Shown: piece by piece, positions 14,498 through 24,000 of the stretch
How positions within the stretch are numbered: the stretch's first letter is position 1
Layout: the number at the start of each line of letters is the position of its first letter
Assembly (NCBI GenBank): GCA_019894715.1
Contig: JAGXOA010000248.1
Coordinates: forward strand, 1-24,000
Direction: 5' to 3'
DNA from: Promethearchaeota archaeon
GTDB lineage: Archaea; Asgardarchaeota; Lokiarchaeia; Sigyniarchaeales; SOKP01
Length of the DNA: 24,000 nt
Program-made: the position numbers and the translations under genes
Notes under the pieces: generated by a model
What the model saw: the letters and a program-made list of their open reading frames with translations, nothing else
What the model was told of the DNA's origin: nothing
The model's database searches: none

Positions 14498-14534
14498 TAG
14501 TTTTTTATTTATTCGAGGTAATTGCTTAGATTAA

Positions 14535-15668
14535 TTAAATTATATCCTTTTTTACTATTTCATGAGGACATATTGAAATAGAGTGATTTGTTGGAGAAAT
14601 TATTTTAATATTTTCATTAACTTGAACATATGAAGAGATAATTACAAGATTTTTTTTATTACCTTTTAATGTAGTATTTTTATTTATTATACTATGATCA
14701 GCAATTATAGATTTTAAAATATCTGAATTCTCTGAAATAATTACATTTTTATAAATTAAAGAATCCTTGATTTTACAGTGATTTCCAATTTCAACATTTT
14801 CACCTATAATAACATTTGGTCCAATAATACTGTCTTTTCCAATTTTTACATTCTTACCAATTGTTATCGGAGGATCTATTTTAACATTAGAATTAATTTG
14901 AACATTTTTATCAATAATGTTTTTCTCATTATTATTTCTTTTATCTATTATATCTTTCATAAATAAGATATTGCCTTCTAATAATTGAAAAGGTAGACCA
15001 ATATCCTTCCAAATACCTGTTATTGGATAATGAGAAAGCTTATTCTCCGATGCAAGAATAGGAAATATATCTCTCTCAAGAGATAAATTTTTATTAGATT
15101 GAATATATTGAAAAATTTCTGGTTCTAGTATGTAAATCCCCGCATTTACTGGCATATCTGAATTGCCGTGTATTGAGGGGTTGAAATTATCTTTTTCTAA
15201 AAATTGTGCTATTTTTTTTTTTTTATCTGAAATCAGAACACCATACCTTGATGGATTTTTTACTGTTCTGCTTGCTATTAATCCGATATCATCCTTTGTG
15301 TTATGTGTATCAAGCATTTTTTTAAAAACAAAATTGATAATGATATCTCCATTTATCATGAAAAAATTATCATTGTCTAATAATTCTTCTGCTAGTTTTA
15401 ATGCTCCTGCGGTTCCCATGGGTTTTCTTTCATTTGTATAGTGAAGTTTTAATCCCAATCTATCCCCATTTCCAAAATAATTACTTAAATACTCGGACAT
15501 GACACTTACCGCAAGGACAATCTCTTTTACTCCTGCTTCTTTTAAAAGTAACATTAATCTTTCAATAACAGGAATATTTACTACTGGAACTAAGGCTTTT
15601 GGAGTTGTACAAGTAAGTGGACGTAATCGTGTTCCCCAACCACCTGATAGAATTATTGCTTTAGTCAT
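14535..15668 (-). CDS. Sugar-1-phosphate nucleotidyltransferase (NDP-sugar pyrophosphorylase) with a C-terminal left-handed beta-helix
   Basis: 377 aa. The N-terminal signature is 'AIILSGGWGTRLRPLTCTTPKALVPV', followed by 'GTAGAL' and 'NGD'. The C-terminus carries hexapeptide-type repeats ('IGKNVKIGKDSIIGPNVIIGENVEIGNHCKI'). Confidence 0.92.
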   Translation of the reverse strand: MTKAIILSGGWGTRLRPLTCTTPKALVPVVNIPVIERLMLLLKEAGVKEIVLAVSVMSEYLSNYFGNGDRLGLKLHYTNERKPMGTAGALKLAEELLDNDNFFMINGDIIINFVFKKMLDTHNTKDDIGLIASRTVKNPSRYGVLISDKKKKIAQFLEKDNFNPSIHGNSDMPVNAGIYILEPEIFQYIQSNKNLSLERDIFPILASENKLSHYPITGIWKDIGLPFQLLEGNILFMKDIIDKRNNNEKNIIDKNVQINSNVKIDPPITIGKNVKIGKDSIIGPNVIIGENVEIGNHCKIKDSLIYKNVIISENSDILKSIIADHSIINKNTTLKGNKKNLVIISSYVQVNENIKIISPTNHSISICPHEIVKKDII

Positions 15669-15844
15669 TTTCGAGTATTTCTTATTATATATGAATAATT
15701 AGTATACCTATTATTTTAAAATTACTTAAGAAAATAATGTTATTGATTTTTTACTTTAAAATTTCATAGTTTATAATAAAAAACATTATAAGATGTAATT
15801 AATTTCACTAGACATCAATTAGATATCTTTTAAGTTATATTAAT

Positions 15845-16252
15845 ATGCCTTGTAATCACGGTCTTGATGAAATTAATTGTCCCATATGCAGAATAGCAAA
15901 TCATACAACTCCAAAAAATTTAATAAGAGAAAATAAAATAAGAATAAATCCTTTAAAACAAGAGAATCAAATATTTAAAGATAATATAAGTGAAAAAATC
16001 TTATTTAATGAAAGATTATCACGAAATCATAGTCTATCTGAATTAAAAATAATAAAACCTATTAAAACAGCTCCATTTCTCAATGAAATCCCTGATTTTA
16101 AAAATAAGATGTTTATGAAAAGATTACAGGAAATAGATTTAAAAAATCCAGATAAATTTGGAATCTCAAATAAAAACTCTCTTGAGAGTCCAGAATGGAA
16201 GTTTAATTTAAAAAAAGTTGCTGATCAGGATAATAATATAGATGATCAATAG
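15845..16252 (+). CDS. Small hypothetical protein with an N-terminal Cys/His cluster
   Basis: 135-aa ORF. 'MPCNHGLDEINCPICRIANH' has C-x-H and CPxC, which may form a zinc knuckle. The remainder is low-complexity N/K-rich sequence. No family recognised. Confidence 0.5.
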   Translation: MPCNHGLDEINCPICRIANHTTPKNLIRENKIRINPLKQENQIFKDNISEKILFNERLSRNHSLSELKIIKPIKTAPFLNEIPDFKNKMFMKRLQEIDLKNPDKFGISNKNSLESPEWKFNLKKVADQDNNIDDQ

Positions 16253-16447
16253 TTTAATTACTGATTTTTATCATTAAAAAAAAATATATTTCATTTTTTA
16301 GAATTGTATTTTTCTTTTCTATTTCCAATATTTACCTATTTTTAATTATTGATTATCTACTAAATTATTTTTTTTTAAAAAGAAATGCGATCAAATTTTT
16401 ATGTAATAGATTATGATAATTTCTGTTAATAATTAAAATTTCGAGGG

Positions 16448-16486
16448 TTGTCCATAGTTTCTAAAATTCTGGACAAATCTGGACAT
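16448..16486. promoter_or_regulatory. Clustered TGGACA motifs: one inverted copy plus two direct copies at 10-bp spacing
   Basis: Sequence is gggTTGTCCAtagtttctaaaattcTGGACAAatcTGGACAttg. It lies in a 432-nt intergenic region about 200 nt upstream of the MBL-hydrolase gene. Confidence 0.25.
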
Positions 16487-16684
16487 TGAGTGTTAATGTT
16501 TATTTTTCGTTGAGTATAAGAGGGAATTCTAATAAAAATGTCAATTCATCAAGAATTGAATACCATAAATACTATATTTCTAAAATAAAATGCTTTTATA
16601 TTCATTTTCACTAAATAATTTATAAAACATATTTTTATGATATAAATTATAAAAAAAAATACATTAGACAAAGGTAAGAAGCAA

Positions 16685-17320
16685 ATGGAAATAACATTAA
16701 TTTCACACGCGTGTTTTAAAATTAAAACAGAAAAGGGAATGATAATATTTTTAGATCCATATGAAATATCTGAAAATGAGGAAAAAGCTGATTATGTAAT
16801 TTCAAGTCATAGTCACTATGATCATATGGATAGTGATTCAATTGATAATGTAATGAAGGATAATACTATTGTCATAGGGCCTGAATCGATTTCTAGGAAT
16901 CTAAAGAAATATAATGGAAGATCATTAAAAATCGGTGAAACTCTTGAAGAAAATGATGTTCGAATAGAATTAGTCCCAGCTTATACAATTAAGAAAGGAA
17001 CTCATCCAAAGGGAAATCAATTTGCAGGTATTATCGTTGAAGCAGAAGGTAAAAAGATATATCATGCTGGAGATACAGAAAGGATTCCTGAGATGAAAGA
17101 AATGAGTTCTAAAGGGATCACTGTAGCACTTCTTCCTTGTGGGGGAACTTATACTATGGATTTTGAGGAAGCATGTGCTGCTGCAATGGATATAAATCCA
17201 AAAATTGTAATACCAATGCATAATTGGAATAAAGATCTAAATGAATTTAAGAAATTATTAAATGGAAAAGATCCAAATATTAATGTAGAAATTTTAGAAG
17301 GAAAAACTCTAAAATTATAA
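16685..17320 (+). CDS. Metallo-beta-lactamase-fold metal-dependent hydrolase (UPF0173-like)
   Basis: 211 aa. 'ITLISHACFKIKT..IIFLDPY', the 'SHSHYDHMD' metal-binding motif, 'YHAGDT' and 'IPMH'. Confidence 0.88.
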   Translation: MEITLISHACFKIKTEKGMIIFLDPYEISENEEKADYVISSHSHYDHMDSDSIDNVMKDNTIVIGPESISRNLKKYNGRSLKIGETLEENDVRIELVPAYTIKKGTHPKGNQFAGIIVEAEGKKIYHAGDTERIPEMKEMSSKGITVALLPCGGTYTMDFEEACAAAMDINPKIVIPMHNWNKDLNEFKKLLNGKDPNINVEILEGKTLKL

Positions 17321-17471
17321 ATCAAATTAAACAAATTTTTGATTTATTCTGTATTTTTCCTATATTTCTTTAAGTAATTATTTAAATTACCTTAAGAATA
17401 TTACTTAAAATAACTATATTAAAAAAATACAAAAATCAATCGAAAATTACCAATTGACTAGTTGAAATAAT

Positions 17472-19193
17472 ATGGAAATTGACCAAAATTTAAAAGATAA
17501 TACAAATGTTGCTTATATTTCAATGGAAATTGCATTCGATAGCAACATCCCAACCTATAGTGGGGGTTTAGGTGTGCTAGCAGGAGATACTGTTAGGTCT
17601 GCGGCAGATTTAGAAATACCTATGGTTGGCATTTGCCTTTGTTATAGTTCAGGATACTTTTATCAATTATTTAATGAAAAGGGGGAACAAAAAGAAAAAG
17701 AAATTGAATGGAGCTTTTTCTATGAATTTGATAAAGTAGAAAAACCAATCTCTATAATGATAGAAAACAAAGAAATAAAAGTAAGTGCTTGGCTTTATCG
17801 TGTTATAGGACAATCTGGTCACGTAATTCCGATATATCTTTTAACAACTGAGGTAGAGGGCAATGAACCATGGATGCAGAAATTAACTGGTTCGCTTTAT
17901 GATTCCACTTCCCGATGGAATAGAATTTGCCAAGAAATGATACTAGGTATAGGTGGAGTTAGATTATTGAATTCTTTAGGATTTAATAATATCAAAACAT
18001 TTCATATAAATGAGGGACATGGTGCTTTTTCTTCTATTGAATTATATAAAAATTTTAATAATAATATTGAAAAAGTTAAAGATAATGTGGCCTTTACAAC
18101 ACATACTCCTGTTCCCGCAGGTCATGATCGTTTTGGTTTAGATTTGGTAAAAAAAGTATTTATTGATAGATTTCCTCCAGAGATGTTAAAATTGGGAATG
18201 GAAAATGGTAATCTAAATATGACTATTTTAGCTTTAAATAGTGCTAGATATATCAATGGTGTTTCTAAAAAACATGGTCTTATTACAAGAAAAATGTTTC
18301 CCGATTATAACATTGATTCAATTACAAATGGAATACATTTACCTTTTTGGATTTCAAAACCAATTAAGCAGATTTTTGATAGAAAATGGCCTAATTGGAA
18401 ATCAAATCCTTCTATATTGCAAAATGCAATTGAGATTGATGATTTAGATTTATTTGATGCTCATATTGAAAACAAATTTAATTTAATAAATTACCAAAAA
18501 GGTCATTCTTGGAATCTATTAGATGAAGAACTCATCACCGTTGGATTCGCTCGAAGATTTGCTACCTATAAAAGAGCAGTTTTAATGTTTCATGATTTAG
18601 ATCATTTAGGTAAGATAAGTCAAGGAAAAATACAATACATTTTTGCTGGTAAAGCACATCCAAAAGATCAAGAAGGAAAAAAATATATTAAACAGATTTT
18701 TGAAGCAAGTGAATATCTATATGATAATTATGGTGTAAAAGTTGTTTTAATGGAAAATTATAATATGGATCTCGCTCATATGCTTGTATCGGGTGTAGAT
18801 ATATGGTTAAATCATCCAGAGAGATATAGAGAAGCAAGTGGAACAAGTGGAATGAAAGCCTCTTTAAATGGGGTTTTAAATCTAAGTGTACTAGATGGAT
18901 GGTGGATTGAAGGATATCGCATGAATAAATTAGCAGGTTGGGCAGTTGGTAAATTTCCAGAAGAATATACAAAAGATGAAAAATTAAATGATTGGAAACG
19001 AGATGCTCTTGATATTTATGATATTTTAGAGAATGAAGTAATCCCAACTTACATGAACCATGATGAATGGCTTTTTAAATGTAAAAATGCTATCGCTCTC
19101 GCAGCTTTTTTTAACACTCATCGAATGATTGAAGAATATGCTGAAAAAGCTTATAGATTAAAAAGACAAATGCCTTGGAAGTTTATCAAATAA
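17472..19193 (+). CDS. Alpha-glucan (glycogen/maltodextrin) phosphorylase, GT35 short archaeal/bacterial type
   Basis: 573 aa. 'AYISMEIAFDSNIPTYSGGLGVLAGDTVRSAADLEIPMVGI', 'HINEGHGAF', 'FTTHTPVPAGHD', 'GFARRFATYKR' and 'EASGTSGMKA' (PLP lysine motif). Confidence 0.93.
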   Translation: MEIDQNLKDNTNVAYISMEIAFDSNIPTYSGGLGVLAGDTVRSAADLEIPMVGICLCYSSGYFYQLFNEKGEQKEKEIEWSFFYEFDKVEKPISIMIENKEIKVSAWLYRVIGQSGHVIPIYLLTTEVEGNEPWMQKLTGSLYDSTSRWNRICQEMILGIGGVRLLNSLGFNNIKTFHINEGHGAFSSIELYKNFNNNIEKVKDNVAFTTHTPVPAGHDRFGLDLVKKVFIDRFPPEMLKLGMENGNLNMTILALNSARYINGVSKKHGLITRKMFPDYNIDSITNGIHLPFWISKPIKQIFDRKWPNWKSNPSILQNAIEIDDLDLFDAHIENKFNLINYQKGHSWNLLDEELITVGFARRFATYKRAVLMFHDLDHLGKISQGKIQYIFAGKAHPKDQEGKKYIKQIFEASEYLYDNYGVKVVLMENYNMDLAHMLVSGVDIWLNHPERYREASGTSGMKASLNGVLNLSVLDGWWIEGYRMNKLAGWAVGKFPEEYTKDEKLNDWKRDALDIYDILENEVIPTYMNHDEWLFKCKNAIALAAFFNTHRMIEEYAEKAYRLKRQMPWKFIK

Positions 19194-19271
19194 TTATTAT
19201 TATAATTTTTAGATTTAAATTTCAAATTAAATCAAAGAAAATATGATAAAAAATTAATACGTGAAAAATAA

Positions 19272-21185
19272 ATGAAATTAAATGATGAAAATGATAATTT
19301 CCTTACAATAATTAAAGATATTCCAGATATATATTTTTTAGTTTCTGGTGATACAACAATATTAGATTATCATGGAAGAAATGAAGACCTATATAAATCC
19401 CCAAAAGAATTTCTTGGTAAAAAAATGAAAGATATTTTACCAGAAGAAATTGGAAAAAAAAGTTTTGATTCAGTTAAAAATGCAATAGAAACTCAAAAAA
19501 TCCAAATTTTAGAATACTCCCTACCTATAAAAGAAGAAATTTTATATTTTAAAGCAAAACATATTTACATCTCTGAAGATCAAATAGCCATATTAATTCG
19601 AAATATGACTGATCAAAAACATTCAGAAGAGAAATTCTTAAAAGTTTTTAAATTAAATCCATCTCCAATGGCAATTTCTACTATTGATAATGGAAGTTAT
19701 ATTGATGTAAATGAAAGTTTTTTAGACATAATTGGTTACCAGAAGGAGGAAATAATAGGGAAGTCCTCTACTAAACTTAATATATGGGAAAATATCAAAG
19801 ACAGGGAAAAAGCAATAAAAGCAATAAAAAAAAAAGGAAGAATTCAAAATTTAGATTTAAAAATTAGAACTAAAAATGGTAAAATAATAAACGGATTATT
19901 TTCTGCAGAGATTATTCAAATACAGAAAAAATCTTATATATTATCGATAATGAATGATATAACTGAACTTGTAAAAATAGAAGAAAAACTGAAAGAATCT
20001 GAAAGAAATTTAAGATTATTAAATCAAGAATTAGAACAAAGAATAGAAGAAAGAACAAAAGAATTAAAAGAATCTGAAAAAAAATATCGTACTTTATTTG
20101 AAAATATGACTGAAGGTTTCGCATATCATGAAGTTATAGTAGATAAGGATAATAAACCAATTGATTACAGATTTATCGAAGCAAATCCTGCTTTTAGTAA
20201 ACTTACAGGTATAAATATAAATAATTTAATTGGAAGGAAAGTTACAGAGGTCTTACCGGGCTCAGAAAATGATCCAACAAATTTTATTAAAAGATTTGGT
20301 AATGTAGGGCTTACGGGGGGTACTCTGACCATTGAGGAATATTCGGAAGCATTAGATCGCTGGTATAGGGTTTCGGGATTCTCTCCCGAACAAGGTTATT
20401 TTGCTGTTGTTTTTACTGACATTACAAAAATAATAAACGCTCATAATGAAGTAAAAAAATCAGAGGATAAATATCGCAAAGCTTATAATAATGCGAATTT
20501 TTATAAAGATCTTATTACCCATGATATGAGTAATATCTTACAATCTATTATTTCCTCATATGAGCTTATTTCAATCAATCAAAACCAGCTTAATCTTAAA
20601 GAGAAATGTTTTAAATATTTAGATATAATTAAAGAATCTACTTTTAGGGGTAAAAAATTAATTTCTAATGTTCAGAAAATATCAGAAATCGAAAATACTA
20701 CACCAATTCTAAAAAAGATCGATGTATATAATCTTTTAAATAAGATTATTAGCTTTATTAAGAAGATTTTTCAAAATAGAGATATTAATATACAAATAAT
20801 ACCAATATATGAAAACATATATGTAAAAGCTGATGATTTCTTATCAGATGTATTTGAAAATATTCTAATTAATGCAATTAGATACAATAATAATCTTCAA
20901 GTTAAGATCATCATTCAAATTTCAATAAGAAAAGAAAATGGTACTGATAATGTAATCTTGGAATTTATTGATAATGGTATTGGTATAGAAGATTCAAGAA
21001 AAAAATTCCTTTTTAAAAAAGGTTTCAAAAATAAAAAGGGTAGTAAAGGAATGGGTTTAGGATTATCTCTTGTGAAAAAGATTATTAAAGGATATGAAGG
21101 AAAAATATGGCTTGAGGATAAGATAAAAGGCGATTATTCAAAGGGATCTAAATTTATAATAATGATCCCTAAAATTGATCAATAA
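19272..21185 (+). CDS. Soluble multi-PAS sensor histidine kinase
   Basis: 637 aa with no hydrophobic segment. It has at least three PAS-like modules ('FLTIIKDIPDIYFLV', 'FLKVFKLNPSPMAISTIDNGSYIDVNESFLDIIGYQKEEIIGKS', 'YRTLFENMTEGFAYHEVI..IEANPAFSKLTGI'). The H-box is 'ITHDMSNILQSI', the N-box 'ILINAIRYN', G1 'DNGIGI' and G2 'GMGLGLSLVKKII'. Confidence 0.9.
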   Translation: MKLNDENDNFLTIIKDIPDIYFLVSGDTTILDYHGRNEDLYKSPKEFLGKKMKDILPEEIGKKSFDSVKNAIETQKIQILEYSLPIKEEILYFKAKHIYISEDQIAILIRNMTDQKHSEEKFLKVFKLNPSPMAISTIDNGSYIDVNESFLDIIGYQKEEIIGKSSTKLNIWENIKDREKAIKAIKKKGRIQNLDLKIRTKNGKIINGLFSAEIIQIQKKSYILSIMNDITELVKIEEKLKESERNLRLLNQELEQRIEERTKELKESEKKYRTLFENMTEGFAYHEVIVDKDNKPIDYRFIEANPAFSKLTGININNLIGRKVTEVLPGSENDPTNFIKRFGNVGLTGGTLTIEEYSEALDRWYRVSGFSPEQGYFAVVFTDITKIINAHNEVKKSEDKYRKAYNNANFYKDLITHDMSNILQSIISSYELISINQNQLNLKEKCFKYLDIIKESTFRGKKLISNVQKISEIENTTPILKKIDVYNLLNKIISFIKKIFQNRDINIQIIPIYENIYVKADDFLSDVFENILINAIRYNNNLQVKIIIQISIRKENGTDNVILEFIDNGIGIEDSRKKFLFKKGFKNKKGSKGMGLGLSLVKKIIKGYEGKIWLEDKIKGDYSKGSKFIIMIPKIDQ

Positions 21186-21264
21186 CTGGACTGATTAAAT
21201 AATTCTCTAACTATTACCAACAATGACTAAATCATATAATTATTCAATAAAAATTCATTATAGT

Positions 21265-21750
21265 TTATTGTTTACTAAGTTTAAATGGAAAAATCTCAAT
21301 GTAACCCTCAAATTTCTTTTTCTGAAAATAATCATCTAATATTTGATCTAATATATTATCCATAGTATGAATTCCGGCAATTATTCCTTCCTCATCTTTT
21401 GATAATAATATCATATATTCCGACTTTGATTCTATAAAGAAACAACCTTTCTCTATATTAAGGTCTAAATAATTATTCATAATTCCATTAAGTTTTTTAA
21501 TAGCTTCATAAGTAGAGAAGAATAAAATATAGAATGATTCAGTATTATTTTCATTTAGATATGTGTCTCGTATCCCAGCTGCTTGAAGCGGATTACCAAG
21601 ATATTTCTTAAATAAATATTGTAAAATATTGAGTTCTTTTCGAAATTTTAATTTATTATGATAGAATTTAAAATCAGAAATTATTTTCAATGAGTCTCCC
21701 GTCGTAAATTCAAGGTTATAGTTCTCATCATTTAATTCAAATTGATTCAT
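21265..21750 (-). CDS. Hypothetical protein
   Basis: 161-aa ORF with an AGGAAT SD-like element 7 nt upstream. No family recognised. Confidence 0.55.
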   Translation of the reverse strand: MNQFELNDENYNLEFTTGDSLKIISDFKFYHNKLKFRKELNILQYLFKKYLGNPLQAAGIRDTYLNENNTESFYILFFSTYEAIKKLNGIMNNYLDLNIEKGCFFIESKSEYMILLSKDEEGIIAGIHTMDNILDQILDDYFQKKKFEGYIEIFPFKLSKQ

Positions 21751-21898
21751 TTAATTATTCCTTTTTTTTTTAATTAATAGTTAAAATAAATCTTTGATTA
21801 AATTTATATTTCAATTTGAAATATAAGATATTCTTATATCAATTAAAATTGAAGAAAAATAAAATATTATCTATAATTATAAATTCTATGAGTTTTAT

Positions 21899-22564
21899 TC
21901 AAGTTAAGATTATTCCACCCCATTCTATAACACTAAAACCTGTTCTTATTAGAGTTGTAATAATCGGCGATTCTAAAATGATTGGATTTTGAAGAGGTTT
22001 AAAGACAAGAATAATTCTAATAAGTACATCAGGGAAAGGATCTACATCTAAACTCCAATATTCATTTAAATACTCTTTTGATAATAATTTAATTTCATAG
22101 TAATTTGCTTTAGGAAGAAAATTTAGCCAAAATTCTTTAAATTCGTCTTTTTCGTTGTTATTCAAACCCATTTCTATTAAATATCTATCCATCCATGTTT
22201 CAAGAGAATTAGATTGAATACACCAACCTTTTAAAGGATTTTCTAAAATTGTTATTTTTGCTTCATAAAATAGATAATCATATCCCCCTTCGATAGATCC
22301 ATTTGGATTAGCTAAAACACTCCATCCATTATTATATTCAGGATCACTTATTGTTACTTCCCCACCCTTAATAGAAAGAGATACATTAACTCGAGTTGTT
22401 TCTTGGGGATATAAATAGATAACAGGTTTAAAAACCTCAATTTCTTCTATGAATATAGGCCTAATATAATTAATCAAATAAACAACACCCATCCCTATAA
22501 TTATAATTATTAGGAGGACAAATGCATAAGTTGTAACTTTACTATGGGTGCCTTTTCCTCTCAT
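21899..22564 (-). CDS. N-terminally membrane-anchored protein of unknown function
   Basis: 221 aa. A single N-terminal TM helix ('YAFVLLIIIIIGMGVVYLINYI') is followed by 'KPVIYLYPQETTRVNVSL...GWSVLANPNGSI...YDYLFYEA...FWLNFLP...GFSVIEWGG', which looks like a conserved uncharacterised extracytoplasmic domain. Confidence 0.7.
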   Translation of the reverse strand: MRGKGTHSKVTTYAFVLLIIIIIGMGVVYLINYIRPIFIEEIEVFKPVIYLYPQETTRVNVSLSIKGGEVTISDPEYNNGWSVLANPNGSIEGGYDYLFYEAKITILENPLKGWCIQSNSLETWMDRYLIEMGLNNNEKDEFKEFWLNFLPKANYYEIKLLSKEYLNEYWSLDVDPFPDVLIRIILVFKPLQNPIILESPIITTLIRTGFSVIEWGGIILT

Positions 22565-22799
22565 AGTAAATCATAAGATACTAAATTATTTAAAATTAAT
22601 GTCCAATCTCTATGTTTTCTATAACAAAAAAACTGTTGAAATAGACAATAAAAATGTTTAATAATTTCATAGGAGTATTTTTTAAAGAATTAAATTCAAA
22701 TTATAGGTTATATTTTTTAATTAAAATACTATTCTATTTTTAAAAAGCAATACGTTTTATAAAAAAAAATCAGAATATAAACAAGATACTATTTCAATA

Positions 22800-23804
22800 A
22801 TGAAATTAGGGACATTAAATTTAAGTAATAATCTATTGTTAGCACCTTTATTAAATATAACAACAGCACCATATAGAAGATTTTGTAGATCTTTTCAGAA
22901 TATTGGTTTAGTCTATGTTCCTATGATATATACACAAAGAGTAATTAAAGATCAAAGAAAGATTGAATATGATTTAGCTTTGGTTGAAAAAGAAAAACCA
23001 ATTTCTATCCAATTAATTGGTAATGAACCGGAGGCTTTTAAATCCGCATTAGATCATCTTGAGAGCTATAAACATGACATAATTAATATAAATGCGGGTT
23101 GTGCTTCATTAAGATCTCTAAGGGCTAAACAAGGGGGATACTTAATAAAAGATTTGGAACTATTACAAAAAATTATTGATTCAGTTACAAAATATTCCTC
23201 AAGACCAGTATCTTTAAAAACCAGGTTAGGATATGCAAATATTGTTAATATAAGCAAATTTTCCTCAATAATTAATAATTCAAATTTAGATTTTATCACA
23301 GTTCATGCAAGAAAAGTAAAGGATAGATTTGATCAAAAGACTCTAGATTTAGAGACATTAAAAAAAATAAAAGAAAGTGTTAAAATTCCTGTAGTTGGAA
23401 ATGGTGATATTAATTCTCCAATAGATGCAAAAAACCTAATAGATTATGCTAAAGTTGATGCTATTATGATAGGAAGGGCATCCATGGGAAATCCTCAAAT
23501 ATTTTCTCAAATAGAAGATTATCTTTCTAAAGGTATCCTTAAACCTCAAATTAATGATATTTTATTGATGAAAAAGTATTTAAAAATATTTGAAAAAATA
23601 ATTAACGATTTTGTAAGAGATGTTACTCTAAAATCAAGTATAGATGATTATAAATTTAAAGAATTAAAACGAAATTCTATATGGCAAACAAAATATCTTC
23701 CAAATTCCACTATATACAGAACAAAATTAAGTAAAACAAAAAGTCTTCAAGAATTAAGAACAATTTTAAATCAAATCTTTTCTGGAGATTTAATAAAAAA
23801 TTAA
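22800..23804 (+). CDS. dus: tRNA-dihydrouridine synthase (Dus family, FMN TIM barrel)
   Basis: 334 aa. 'LLLAPLLNITTAPYRRFCR', 'IQLIGNEPE', 'ININAGCA' (catalytic Cys region), 'ITVHARK', 'VVGNGDI' and 'DAIMIGRASMGNPQIF'. Confidence 0.9.
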   Translation: MKLGTLNLSNNLLLAPLLNITTAPYRRFCRSFQNIGLVYVPMIYTQRVIKDQRKIEYDLALVEKEKPISIQLIGNEPEAFKSALDHLESYKHDIININAGCASLRSLRAKQGGYLIKDLELLQKIIDSVTKYSSRPVSLKTRLGYANIVNISKFSSIINNSNLDFITVHARKVKDRFDQKTLDLETLKKIKESVKIPVVGNGDINSPIDAKNLIDYAKVDAIMIGRASMGNPQIFSQIEDYLSKGILKPQINDILLMKKYLKIFEKIINDFVRDVTLKSSIDDYKFKELKRNSIWQTKYLPNSTIYRTKLSKTKSLQELRTILNQIFSGDLIKN

Positions 23805-23831
23805 AAAAAATTGTAGAAAAATCTGTGAAAT

Positions 23832-24000
23832 TTATTTTTTGTATCTTTCAAGAAGTTCTCTAGGTGTAAAAACACCATCCTCTGTGATTATTCCAGTGAC
23901 TAATTCAAATGGAGTAATATCAAATGCATAGTTTAGACACTCTACACCTTCAGGAACAATACGTACTTTTCCTAATACACAAGATACTTCACTATCATCT
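23832..24000 (-). CDS. C-terminal fragment of an eIF-2B alpha/beta/delta-related isomerase (MtnA / ribose-1,5-bisphosphate isomerase family); 5' part beyond window
   Basis: My translation of the minus strand: [55 protein letters not shown]. This matches the family C-terminal signature 'N.AFDVTP..LIt.iITE.Gv'. Confidence 0.8.
   Translation of the reverse strand, partial: DDSEVSCVLGKVRIVPEGVECLNYAFDITPFELVTGIITEDGVFTPRELLERYKK

Noticed and set aside
15212-15224. T13 homopolymer (A13 on the coding strand) as a frameshift or phase-variation site in the nucleotidyltransferase gene
   Set aside because: The reading frame is intact across it, encoding DKKKKI. Long A/T runs are common throughout this AT-rich window, so there is no specific evidence for slippage.
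14778-15702. Plus-strand ORFs 14778..14966, 15163..15441 and 15499..15702
   Set aside because: They are antisense to the nucleotidyltransferase gene, which has unambiguous motifs.
16970-20124. ORFs 16970..17221 (-), 17149..17334 (-), 18241..18447 (+), 18688..19047 (-) and 19912..20124 (-)
   Set aside because: They are embedded in or antisense to the MBL hydrolase, alpha-glucan phosphorylase and histidine-kinase genes, with no independent support.
23066-23299. ORF 23066..23299 (-)
   Set aside because: It is antisense to the Dus gene.

Overview
This is a very AT-rich archaeal chromosomal segment, and its gene content points to an Asgard (Loki-type) archaeon. The centre (about 7.4-11.6 kb) holds a eukaryote-type ESCRT module. 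It comprises an ESCRT-III/Snf7-family gene with a C-terminal MIM1-like helix, a divergently transcribed Vps4 (MIT + AAA ATPase), a Vps25-like double winged-helix protein with an unusual ~150-aa charged coiled-coil N-terminal extension, and a convergent EAP30 (Vps22/36-like) gene. A NIP7-like PUA protein and a NOL1/NOP2/Sun RNA m5C methyltransferase lie next to it. The left end looks accessory: a partial BspA/DUF285-repeat surface protein with three near-identical Ig-like repeats, a truncated FRG-domain pseudogene with an in-frame TAG, and three polytopic membrane proteins. It also carries a tRNA-Gly(GCC) gene that appears to have two introns, one at the canonical 37/38 site and one in the D-arm. 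The right half is housekeeping or sensory: CYTH/CyaB-like protein, NDP-sugar pyrophosphorylase, MBL-fold hydrolase, alpha-glucan phosphorylase, a soluble multi-PAS histidine kinase, Dus, and the 3' end of an eIF2B/MtnA-family gene. The least expected observation concerns start codons. Three genes, including ESCRT-III, have no in-frame ATG/GTG/TTG where the protein must begin, yet each has GGTG followed by exactly 7 nt and then ATA or ATT. No CRISPR array, rRNA or recognisable transposase was found. All calls rest on my own translation and motif recognition; no database search was run.
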